This document shows, piece by piece, positions 1 to 8,239 of a stretch of DNA of 48,287 nt; the stretch's first letter is position 1; each line of letters starts with the position of its first letter. The notes beneath the pieces are model-generated. The model searched no databases and had not been told where the DNA came from. It saw only the letters and a program-made list of their open reading frames with translations. Source of the DNA: Candidatus Zixiibacteriota bacterium (GTDB lineage Bacteria > RBG-13-66-14 > B26-G2 > WVWN01); the NCBI GenBank assembly GCA_050117845.1, contig JASFLY010000022.1, positions 1 through 48,287 on the forward strand. Reading direction: 5' to 3'. The translations under genes and the position numbers were made by a program.

Positions 1-1329
1 CCGCGTCAGGCCGCCGAAGTACCGACTGTGGGGCATCACGGGGAAGGGCGCGACGTAGACCAGAGCGTCCCTGGGCACGAGCGCCGCCAACGCCAACCCG
101 GCGCGGTAGTCGGCGTTGGCCTGAGGGTCGGACCGGCCGCGGATGCCGTCACGCCAGTTGACGTTCGCTATCCCCAACCACGCGAGCCCGAACGCGGCGA
201 GCGAAACCACGTACCAGCGCCGTCCCCGGCCGGACGCAGCGACCGCGACGCCGCCGACGAGACAAGCCGCCGGCACGAGCCAATAAGAGACGTACGTCGG
301 TAGCCACCAAATAGTAAAGCCGGCGTACAACAGGAACGGAACGCCGAAGATTAACAACGCCCGGCGGCCGGGGCCGCGCCAGAGCCATAATCCCAGATTG
401 GATGCGCCAAAAACGATAACGAGCCAGAGGGGGAGCGCTACGCGCAAGTGTCGCGGATCCCCTTTAATGAAGGGTACCGCGACGTTATCCCAGAACGCGT
501 TGACGTAAATTGCCTTACGGAACGCCTCAACGCCGTCCCGGATAGTCCCGGCCGCGAATGCGCCCCAGCGGTTCATTCTGGAAAAATGGAAAAACCAGTC
601 GCAGTACGCGGCGAACGAGGTTAGTTTCAGGAAGGCGACGGGCATTAACACGTACGCGACGGCGATAACGGCCGCGTAACCTCCGACGAAAGCGAGGACC
701 CGGGTAACCCGCCGGCCGCCGGCCGTTAAATAGTATAATAAGGCGGCCGGGAACAGCAGCAGGTTCAATTGGTGAAACAAGGCCGCCGCGGCGAAGGCCA
801 CGCCCCCGAGCGCCGCGCTTTTCGGTTCCGGCTCCGGCCTGCGGGCGGCAACGTATAGGGCGGCCAGGGCGGAGGCCGCCGCCGGCGCATAAACCTCGAC
901 GCCGGCCGCGTTCGCCCAGAAGTCGGCCGCGGTGGCGAGGAATGCCGCGGCGAGGAAAGCCATCGCCCGGGTCGCCCCGGTCCGGCGGCACAGAAGGAAC
1001 ATTAACGCCACGGCGGCTGCACCGGCGACCGCGTCGACGACGTGCATCGGCCCCAGCGCCCGGCCGCCATAACCGAATAGGCCGGCAACGGCGTACGCTA
1101 ACCAGCATACGGGATTATATAGGAGATGTGCCGGGTGGAGGAGGCTATCGGCGGTGCCGAGCTCCACTCGCTCGGCGTAGTAGAGGGCGTCGAAATTGTA
1201 AAAGGCGTTACGGGCGGTAAGGTATAACGTTACGGCGACGACGGCGAGTGCAACGGCCCCTGACCGGTCGTCCCGTAGTACCCTCATGACGCGGCCTTGT
1301 CGGCCGCGTATTCTCTCCCTGATACTCAT
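1..1329 (-). CDS. Multi-TM GT-C fold glycosyltransferase-like protein (DUF2723/TMEM260-like), partial, runs off window start
   Basis: Not in ORF track. Hand translation from ATG 1329 (alternative ATG 1287) is open to position 1: ...YNFDALYY...LLHPAHLLYNP...DFWANAAGVEVYA...LFHQLNLLLFP..., many hydrophobic helices. HP..LY and FW..A..EVY resemble DUF2723 motifs. Confidence 0.75.
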   Translation of the reverse strand, partial: MSIRERIRGRQGRVMRVLRDDRSGAVALAVVAVTLYLTARNAFYNFDALYYAERVELGTADSLLHPAHLLYNPVCWLAYAVAGLFGYGGRALGPMHVVDAVAGAAAVALMFLLCRRTGATRAMAFLAAAFLATAADFWANAAGVEVYAPAAASALAALYVAARRPEPEPKSAALGGVAFAAAALFHQLNLLLFPAALLYYLTAGGRRVTRVLAFVGGYAAVIAVAYVLMPVAFLKLTSFAAYCDWFFHFSRMNRWGAFAAGTIRDGVEAFRKAIYVNAFWDNVAVPFIKGDPRHLRVALPLWLVIVFGASNLGLWLWRGPGRRALLIFGVPFLLYAGFTIWWLPTYVSYWLVPAACLVGGVAVAASGRGRRWYVVSLAAFGLAWLGIANVNWRDGIRGRSDPQANADYRAGLALAALVPRDALVYVAPFPVMPHSRYFGGLTR

Positions 1330-1355
1330 TTATAGGTTTTTGTTAACGGCCGGAG

Positions 1356-1384
1356 AATATAACACACGCCGGCCACGCGTGCAA
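1356..1384 (-). promoter_or_regulatory. Sigma70-type promoter for the GT-C gene
   Basis: Minus strand TTGCAC-N17-TATATT with TG extended -10. Confidence 0.55.
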
Positions 1385-1392
1385 CGCCGATA

Positions 1393-1418
1393 TAAAAAGC
1401 CGCCCCGTGGGGCGGCTT
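1393..1418 (-). terminator. Intrinsic terminator after SDH_sah protease gene
   Basis: AAGCCGCCCC/GGGGCGGCTT inverted repeat followed by a T-run on the minus strand. Confidence 0.8.
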
Positions 1419-1449
1419 GTCGCTTATTAATATTAACGTTGGCGGGGCG

Positions 1450-2289
1450 TTATTTCTCCTTCTCCCCCTCGCCGCCTTCGTGGCGGTAGGGGATGGGGAC
1501 GAACTGCACCGACGATTCCTTGCGCTTGGCCTGGGGGAAGTGCTTCATGAAATCGTATATCTCGGCCGGCATGTCCTCCGAGACCGGGAATCCCAGTTCC
1601 TCCGCCTCTTCGCACGTTATGGGGTAGTCGTGGGTCCACGTGCCCTTGGTGAGTTTGACCGCCAGCTCGTCGGCGGCGTGGATCTCCATGCGGCGCGCCA
1701 GGATATTTTTAACGCGCTCCCGAAGCTGTTTTAGCGCTTTCCCGGCGATGTCGGCCATGATGAGGGTTTGGTCCTCGTTTTGGCCCGGCCTCTTGAGTTC
1801 GGTCGCTTTGATAATGGAGGCCGCCGGCAGGCCGCCTATTTGCGGGTCGATGGGCCCCAACACCGCGTTGGGCGCCATCACTATCTCGTCCGCGGCGAGC
1901 GCTATTAGCGTCCCGCCCGACATGGCGTAATGCGGCACGAAGACGGTGACCTTGGCCGGGTGGCGCAGGAGGGCCTGGGCTATCTGGTCGGTCGCGAGTA
2001 TCAGGCCGCCGGGGGTGTGCAGTATAAAATCTATCGGGACGTTGTCGTCGGTGAGCCGGACCGCCCGCATCACGTCCTCGGAGTCGTTGATGTCGATGTA
2101 GCGCATTATGGGGAAGCCCAACAGGCTCATCGTCTCCTGCCGGTGGACCATGGCGATGACGCGGCTCTTGCGCTTCTTCTCGATGGCGCGCATCGCGCCC
2201 AGCCGCCGGCTCTCCATGAAACGTTTCTGGAGTATCGGCAGGACGAGCGCGATTACGAGGAATATCCAGAATATATCGGTGAAACCCAT
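1450..2289 (-). CDS. ClpP-class serine protease, SDH_sah (Ser-Asp-His) family, N-terminal TM anchor
   Basis: LHTPGG, AMSGGT (Ser), GPIDPQ (Asp), WTHDYPI (His). Start refined to ATG 2289 with GGAGG SD. Confidence 0.9.
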   Translation of the reverse strand: MGFTDIFWIFLVIALVLPILQKRFMESRRLGAMRAIEKKRKSRVIAMVHRQETMSLLGFPIMRYIDINDSEDVMRAVRLTDDNVPIDFILHTPGGLILATDQIAQALLRHPAKVTVFVPHYAMSGGTLIALAADEIVMAPNAVLGPIDPQIGGLPAASIIKATELKRPGQNEDQTLIMADIAGKALKQLRERVKNILARRMEIHAADELAVKLTKGTWTHDYPITCEEAEELGFPVSEDMPAEIYDFMKHFPQAKRKESSVQFVPIPYRHEGGEGEKEK

Positions 2290-2332
2290 ATGATCCTCCG
2301 CCGGGTCGCGGCCTTGCCCGTGGGGCCGGGCG

Positions 2333-3037
2333 CTAGGGCGCGACCTCGTAACGGTGACTGCGGCATTTCGGGAATACACAAACGAGTATCAGGCCCACGA
2401 CGAAGCCGCCGAGGTGCGCCCACCACGCGACGCCGCTGCCGGCGCCGGCCAGGTCGAGTAGGCCGGTGAACAGCTGAATAATGATCCACACGCCCAGGTA
2501 TATCCAGGCCGGGACGTTTATCATCCACGGATAGAAGACGACCGGTATCAGCGTGAGCACCTTCGCCTTGGGGTACATTACGAGGTAGGCCCCCATCACG
2601 CCGGCGATGGCGCCGGATGCGCCGATGGTCGGAATGACCGACGGACCGGAGATAACCGTCGTCAGTACGGCGTGGGCGAGGCCCGCGCCGATCCCCGCCA
2701 ACAAGTAGAAGATGAAGTAGCCGACGTGGCCCAGCCGGTCCTCAACGTTGTCGCCGAATATCCACAGGAATAACAGGTTCCCGGCGATGTGGATCCAACC
2801 GGCGTGGATGAACATCGACGTGAACAGCGGAATCGCGCCGGCCACGATGGACCACGGCGCCGAGAAGTCCACGGCGAAGAGGCGCGCCGGCACCAGGCCG
2901 AACTTGTAGATAAACGCCTCCAGCCGCGCCGCCCCCATCGTCAGCTCGAAGTAGAAGACGATGGCGTTGACGATTATCAGGCCGATGTTGACGAAGGGGA
3001 ACCGGTGGGCCCGGGGGCTGTCCTTGATGGGGATCAT
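2333..3037 (-). CDS. Rhomboid family intramembrane serine protease
   Basis: HAGWIHIAGN, FGDNVEDRLG, GASGA (Ser), WWAHLGG (His). Start refined to MIPIKD at 3037. Confidence 0.93.
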   Translation of the reverse strand: MIPIKDSPRAHRFPFVNIGLIIVNAIVFYFELTMGAARLEAFIYKFGLVPARLFAVDFSAPWSIVAGAIPLFTSMFIHAGWIHIAGNLLFLWIFGDNVEDRLGHVGYFIFYLLAGIGAGLAHAVLTTVISGPSVIPTIGASGAIAGVMGAYLVMYPKAKVLTLIPVVFYPWMINVPAWIYLGVWIIIQLFTGLLDLAGAGSGVAWWAHLGGFVVGLILVCVFPKCRSHRYEVAP

Positions 3038-3129
3038 AACCGCGTCTATCTTAGCAGAAAACGCTTGTCGGATTAAAGGAAAAACGGCCGGGATGCCCGG
3101 CCGCCGTCGAATTGGTACGGAGGTTGCGA

Positions 3130-4116
3130 TTACCACCGCTCGCGGAATTCCTCCGATACCACCTTGCCGCCGTCCAGCCTCATCCTCAATATGTGCAACA
3201 GGACCGACGCCGTGAAGGCGTAGCTCAGGTCGCGCCACCACAACTCCGTGCTGTCCGGGGAGAATTCCGTGAACGGGAGGATGGCGTTGGCCAGGAACGA
3301 CCGCACGGCTTCCCGCTTCGACGTCGCCGCCACTATATCCGCGGCCGCGGGGGAGTGGTCCACCGCCGGCGCGGCCTCGCCGCGTTTCAAGTCCACCCGG
3401 GACGTGCGGTACGCGTCCCCCGCCTTCGCCACGGCCAGCCAGAGATTGCCGGAGAAGTCGGCCGGGAAGACGTCGACGCCGGCCCCCAGGGCTTCCCGGG
3501 CGATTCGGCCCGCCCGGCCCTTCGCGACGGCGCGGTACAGGACGAGGAGCAGGACGGCGGCGAAACCCGCAGCGCACACGTAGCGCCGCCAGGGGAAGGC
3601 CGCCGCCGCTAGTATCGCCGTCGCGGCGAAGAGGAAGAAGACGCGGTTGAAGAGGAGGCTGTGGGCCTGGCAGCGCAGGCATACGGTGAGTTTGCGTTCG
3701 CCGCAGCGCGCCGAGGACGTTTGGGGGTTAAGGCCGATGAATAACCCGCCGCGGAACATGCCTTGGCTGAAGGGCCACGCCAGCATAAGGCCGTTGTTGT
3801 GGAGGATGTAGTCGAGGCCCAGGTGCGTAAGGGCCCCCAGGCCGGCGAAGGGCGCGAGCGCCAACCACGGTACCCCGGATACGAGGGAGACGACGCCCGC
3901 CCACGCCGCGGCCAACAACGCCGACCCCAGGACCGAGTGCGTTAGCGTGTGGTGCCAGCGTAACAGCGCGGTATGGCCGAAGCGGCGCGTGATGAAATCC
4001 GCGTCGGGGGCCAGGGCCGCGCCGGCGGCCGCGGTCAGGGCCCACGGCTCGATGCCCGCGGGGCCGAGTATTTCGGCGGCGGTGACCGCCGCCAGAACGT
4101 GGGTAGCGGGGTCCAT
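3130..4116 (-). CDS. Membrane-bound metal-dependent hydrolase (YdjM-like)
   Basis: MDPATH, APDAD, HHTLTHS, THLGLD and LAWPF motifs with TM segments. Confidence 0.85.
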   Translation of the reverse strand: MDPATHVLAAVTAAEILGPAGIEPWALTAAAGAALAPDADFITRRFGHTALLRWHHTLTHSVLGSALLAAAWAGVVSLVSGVPWLALAPFAGLGALTHLGLDYILHNNGLMLAWPFSQGMFRGGLFIGLNPQTSSARCGERKLTVCLRCQAHSLLFNRVFFLFAATAILAAAAFPWRRYVCAAGFAAVLLLVLYRAVAKGRAGRIAREALGAGVDVFPADFSGNLWLAVAKAGDAYRTSRVDLKRGEAAPAVDHSPAAADIVAATSKREAVRSFLANAILPFTEFSPDSTELWWRDLSYAFTASVLLHILRMRLDGGKVVSEEFRERW

Positions 4117-4158
4117 CAGATTCGGGTGGTGATCGTCGGACTATCCGGGAGTGCCCGG

Positions 4159-4207
4159 GAATTAGTGGAAGCGCTAATATATTAACAGAACCGGGCCGCG
4201 TTGTTAA
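4159..4207 (-). promoter_or_regulatory. Promoter of ydjM-like gene with downstream inverted repeat
   Basis: TTAACA-N17-TAATAT with TG extension; ATTAG-N8-CTAAT palindrome at 4161-4178. Confidence 0.5.
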
Positions 4208-4236
4208 TAAAAGAACGGCCGGAGTGACCGGCCGTT
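4205..4236 (-). terminator. Intrinsic terminator after LPP20/FlgT-like operon
   Basis: AACGGCCGG-N5-CCGGCCGTT (4214-4236) followed by CTTTTATT on the minus strand. Confidence 0.7.
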
Positions 4237-4276
4237 TGTAAGCCCCCCGTTTTCGGGGAATATTTTATCGCCCTGA

Positions 4277-5125
4277 TTATTTCAAGTCCGCCAGGCCTTC
4301 GGCGAAGAACTCGACGTACGCGTTCGCCAGCCGCGCCAGCGCGTCGGCGGCCGCCGTCTCCTCGTCGTCGCCGAATCCGGCGTACTCGCCCAACCCGGCC
4401 TGATGCTCGGCCAGTATCCGGCCGGACGACGTGTCCACCGCGCGGACGTTCCCGCAGGCGTTGGCGACCAGCAGGCCGGCGAGGGGGTTCTCCTCCACGT
4501 ACGGCAGATAGGTCGAGAGGACTCCGGCGTCGCGCGTCGTTATCTCGCCGTAGATTATGACCCGGGCCAGAAGGCGCCGGCCCAGCAGCTGAAGTTCCTC
4601 CCCCGAAAGCTCGTCCGCCCGGGCGACCTCTTCGCCCGCCCCGTCGCCGCGGATATACGACGCGTCGAGGCAGTTGAAACCATTGGCCACCAATCCCCCG
4701 CGGATAATGCCCTCGACGAGGCGCACGTCCGCCGCTTCGGCGTCGGCGATCCGTACGCTGACGACGATGGCGTTTTTAAGGCGGTCGAGCTCCGCCGCGA
4801 GGCCCAAATCCTCCACGTCGCAACTCATCGTGACCTCGTAAAAGCCGTCCACCTCGCGCTCGCCGGTAACGACCTCGTTCGTAACCAGGCCCTTCGACTT
4901 GGTATATACCGCGTCCTCGATGAGCAGCTGGTTCTCGAGGCGGACCGTAGAGTCGACGATGACGCCCACCGCCTCCTCGACGGCGCGCCGTCGGGCGACG
5001 GAGAGCGCCGCTTCCCGGTCGGCCTCGGCGTCACCCGTCGCCGGGACGCGCCCCGTAACGACGACGGCCTGGGCCGCGGCGGCGAGGGCGAGCGCGGCCG
5101 CGAGTACCGATATCCGCGCGCGCAT
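4277..5125 (-). CDS. Exported protein with FlgT N-terminal-like domain
   Basis: Ala-rich signal peptide; AALSVARRRAVEEAVGVIVDS...YTKSKGLV pattern of FlgT_N/LPP20-like folds; C-terminal VRAVDTSSGRILA strand. Coupled to the upstream gene by a TAATG overlap. Confidence 0.6.
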   Translation of the reverse strand: MRARISVLAAALALAAAAQAVVVTGRVPATGDAEADREAALSVARRRAVEEAVGVIVDSTVRLENQLLIEDAVYTKSKGLVTNEVVTGEREVDGFYEVTMSCDVEDLGLAAELDRLKNAIVVSVRIADAEAADVRLVEGIIRGGLVANGFNCLDASYIRGDGAGEEVARADELSGEELQLLGRRLLARVIIYGEITTRDAGVLSTYLPYVEENPLAGLLVANACGNVRAVDTSSGRILAEHQAGLGEYAGFGDDEETAAADALARLANAYVEFFAEGLADLK

Positions 5126-6033
5126 TACTCTAGCCCCCTGGTCATGATGACTACGGGGCCGGCGTCCAGAATCCCTCTATCCTGTTGGAGCTGGAAGAGG
5201 ATGTCCACCAGGTCCGAGGGGAGCACCAGGTCGCAGGCGTACTCGCCGACGCTTTTTAGCGCCTTGATGACGAATGGCTTGGCGCCGGCGCCCTTTTCCT
5301 TCGCCTGTTCCAGCGTCTTGGCGTAGCGGGCGACTCCCAGCGACGAGATGCGTTCCGCCCCCAGCGTCTCGGCGCCGTATACGACGAAGCCGTCCTCGGT
5401 GAGGAGGGTGGGGCTGAGGGCCGGGTTAGCCTCGAGGCCGGTGGCGTCTATAATAACGCCGGTGTAGTCGGCATCTACGGGCGGGTCGACGCCTCCGCCC
5501 ACGAACCTGGGCGCGTCGGCGTTCGCGGCCGGCGTTTCGGCGGCGACGGCGGCCAGGCCCCGGGCGGTGGTCATCGGTACCGCCATGGTTACGGCGCACA
5601 ACAACGAGCCGTCGTTCATTACCTCGTGCGAGACCTTGACCTCATGGGCGTCGCGCACCAGGCCCTGCGTCTGCGTTACCAGCGAGTCGGAGGTCGCGAC
5701 GGCGCCGCTGACGGTCGTCCGGGAATTGACCTGGACGCCGTAGATCTTCTCCGAGAGCTTGCGGTAGGCGAGGGCCCGGGCCGTCTCCTCGGCCTGGCTC
5801 AGCGCGTGGGCCTTGCTCTGGGCGAGGGCGAGGTTGACCGCGCCGATGGCGGTCACCTCGACGTAGCCGTCGGTCCAGTTGGTGACGGCGACGCCGTCTT
5901 TATCCGCGTCCACGGCGGCCACTTTATCCTGGGCCACCTCGGCCGCGGCCTCGACGGCCTCCTCCAGTATTTCGGCGGACGCGAGGGACGTAAATAATAG
6001 TATAATGGAGACGAGCGCAAACGGTTTTCTCAT
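5125..6033 (-). CDS. Exported LPP20-like protein
   Basis: Signal peptide; ARALAYRKLSEKIYGVQV helix and C-terminal YTGVIIDATGL...P.L..EDG..VYG domain. Confidence 0.6.
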   Translation of the reverse strand: MRKPFALVSIILLFTSLASAEILEEAVEAAAEVAQDKVAAVDADKDGVAVTNWTDGYVEVTAIGAVNLALAQSKAHALSQAEETARALAYRKLSEKIYGVQVNSRTTVSGAVATSDSLVTQTQGLVRDAHEVKVSHEVMNDGSLLCAVTMAVPMTTARGLAAVAAETPAANADAPRFVGGGVDPPVDADYTGVIIDATGLEANPALSPTLLTEDGFVVYGAETLGAERISSLGVARYAKTLEQAKEKGAGAKPFVIKALKSVGEYACDLVLPSDLVDILFQLQQDRGILDAGPVVIMTRGLE

Positions 6034-6232
6034 AATTTATTGGCCTCCGGGAAAGGAGCCGCTTTATTGTAATGACGCGTTATAGCGCCGTACGGTTTAA
6101 CGGGCGGCCCCGGCGAAAACGCGTTTAAACTATTATCAATGGGTGGCGGTCATATAGATAAACAGGACTCGCCGGCCTTTGAATCCCGTAAGTCGGAATA
6201 ATAAATAATACGGAAAAGCAGAGGAGTGGACC

Positions 6233-8080
6233 ATGAAAAACGCATTAATATTAATTTTAGGTATAGCGTGCGGCGCGGCCTCCCTCGCCGGGGCCCTGGA
6301 GCCGCCCCCGTCGGTCGCGGCGGAGGCGCCGAAGGACTACAAGGACGCCGCTATCGCCGTGCTCCCCTTCGTCAACGAATCCAACTCCACCCGCCTCGAC
6401 TATCTCGAGACCGCGCTGGCCAAGATGCTAATTACGGACCTGAAGCAGGCCGGCCACCTGACGGTCGTGACGCGGGACAACCTCGACGACGTACTGGCCG
6501 AACTTAAGTTGGACCGTTCCGCTTTGGTCGACCCGACGAACGCCCAGAAGATAGGCAAGATCCTGGGCGCCGACCTCATCGTGGCGGGGTCGCTGGTTTC
6601 GGTCTCGGGGTCGTTGCGCCTCGACGCCCACGTCATCGACGTCGCGACCGCGGAGATAGTCGCGGCCAGCAAGGTCGAGGGCGCCGGCGAGAACGAGGCC
6701 CTGAAGATGGTGGACACGCTCGCGATGTCGGTGATATCCGACCTGACCGGCGAGACCATAGTCCTCAACTCCTACGACCCGCTCCACGGCCGGTTCGACC
6801 CGGCGCACACGAGCGAGGCCCTGACTTTCTGGCCCATCCTGGGCAACGAGTACGGCCTGGTGGGCACCGCGGCTACGGCGTACCTGGAACTCAAGTTCCG
6901 CGCCGCCGATATCCCGGTGGAGGTCGCGAAGGACAGGCCGCCCCTCAACCTGTGCCTGGTCATTGACCGCTCAGGCTCGATGGGGAGCTCGGGCAAGCTG
7001 GACTACGTGAAAGAGGCCGCGAAGTACGTGGTCGACAACCTGGGTCCCCAGGACCGCATCAGCATCGTCGCCTTCGACTCCGACGTCAAGGTCGTGCATA
7101 AGAACAGCAAGGTCGAGAATAAGAGTATGCTCAACTCCAAAATCGACGAGCTGTTCGCGGGAACCAACACCAACCTCTCCGGCGGCCTGGAGGAAGGCTA
7201 CTCTCAGGCCAAAAAAGGCAAGAAAAAGAACTACCTCAACCGCGTCGTTCTGCTCTCCGACGGCCTGGCCAACGAGGGCATTACCGACCTCGAGAAACTC
7301 TCGTCCATCGCCCGTAATTGGCAGAAGAAGGATATATACACCACCGCAATGGGCGTGGGCACCGACTACGACGATCACCTGTTGACTCTCATCGCCACCG
7401 GCGGCGCCGGCAATTACTACTACATCGACCAGCCGAACACGATCCCGAATATCTTCGCCCGGGAACTCTCCGGCATCGTCAACGTCGCCGCGAGCGGCAT
7501 AGCGGTCGACGTCATGCTCGAGCCGGGCGTTAAAATCGCCAAGGTCCACGGTTACCAGTACACCGATATGGGCAACGGCCGTTACGAGATAGCGGTGGGC
7601 GACATCGCCTCCGGCCAGGAGTACACCGTCTTCATAGAACTCTCCCTGCCGGCGGTCGAGGAAGAGAAGACCGTGTCCCTCGGGACCGTGGCCGTTCGCT
7701 ACGAGGACCAGATTAAAAAGAAAGCCGTTTCGTCCACGGCTACGCGGCTCGCGATGCACTTCGTGCCGCAGGAGGAAGTGGTGGCGGCGAACGAGGTTGC
7801 CGAAGTCGTCAATACCGCCTACGTGATGGAGAACGCCGCGGTTATGGAAGAAGCCCGGCGGATGGTCTCCGAGGGCAAACGCGACGAGGCCAAGGGCCTA
7901 CTCGAAGAGCAGAAGAAGAAGAGCCGCGATCGGGCGGCCGACGGCCTGAGCCAGGAACTCATAAACAGCGCGAACGAACTCGAGGAACTCGAAGTCCAGG
8001 CCGACGACGAGGACGAATACTCCGACGCCGCGCTGATGAAGGCGGCGGGAGCGGCGGCCAACGAAACCCAGTACCATTAA
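6233..8080 (+). CDS. Exported CsgG/FlgO-like plus vWA domain protein (YfbK-like vWA)
   Basis: N-terminal IAVLPFVN...IGKILGADLIVAGS...VIDVATAEIV; intact MIDAS DRSGSM, TNLSGGL, LLSDG; AGGAG SD. Confidence 0.85.
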   Translation: MKNALILILGIACGAASLAGALEPPPSVAAEAPKDYKDAAIAVLPFVNESNSTRLDYLETALAKMLITDLKQAGHLTVVTRDNLDDVLAELKLDRSALVDPTNAQKIGKILGADLIVAGSLVSVSGSLRLDAHVIDVATAEIVAASKVEGAGENEALKMVDTLAMSVISDLTGETIVLNSYDPLHGRFDPAHTSEALTFWPILGNEYGLVGTAATAYLELKFRAADIPVEVAKDRPPLNLCLVIDRSGSMGSSGKLDYVKEAAKYVVDNLGPQDRISIVAFDSDVKVVHKNSKVENKSMLNSKIDELFAGTNTNLSGGLEEGYSQAKKGKKKNYLNRVVLLSDGLANEGITDLEKLSSIARNWQKKDIYTTAMGVGTDYDDHLLTLIATGGAGNYYYIDQPNTIPNIFARELSGIVNVAASGIAVDVMLEPGVKIAKVHGYQYTDMGNGRYEIAVGDIASGQEYTVFIELSLPAVEEEKTVSLGTVAVRYEDQIKKKAVSSTATRLAMHFVPQEEVVAANEVAEVVNTAYVMENAAVMEEARRMVSEGKRDEAKGLLEEQKKKSRDRAADGLSQELINSANELEELEVQADDEDEYSDAALMKAAGAAANETQYH

Positions 8081-8108
8081 GAACCGATAACGGCATTCCC
8101 AAAGCGAC

Positions 8109-8141
8109 AGCCCCGCGGCCCGAGCCGCGGGGTTGATTTTT
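8109..8141 (+). terminator. Intrinsic terminator after vWA gene
   Basis: AGCCCCGCGGC-CCGA-GCCGCGGGGTT followed by GATTTTT. Confidence 0.75.
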
Positions 8142-8231
8142 CCGGGGTGCTGTGATACGCTTCGAGTGCTTGAGTTTGGTGCGTTAAACAAGCCCACTCG
8201 CCGTGCGTGCGTACCGGCGGTCTCTTTTTTT
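8133..8231 (+). promoter_or_regulatory. Putative promoter and structured leader with terminator-like hairpin before LKR/SDH
   Basis: TTGATT-N17-TACGCT with TG extension; stem GCTTG...CAAGC; hairpin CGCCG...CGGCG followed by TCTCTTTTTTT just upstream of ATG 8240. Confidence 0.4.
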
Positions 8232-8239
8232 CGACAGCG

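Noticed and set aside
3038..3682. ORF-track N-terminal extension of the rhomboid (449 aa)
   Set aside because: Arg/Gly/Pro-rich off-frame translation overlapping the YdjM-like gene; family similarity starts at MIPIKD.
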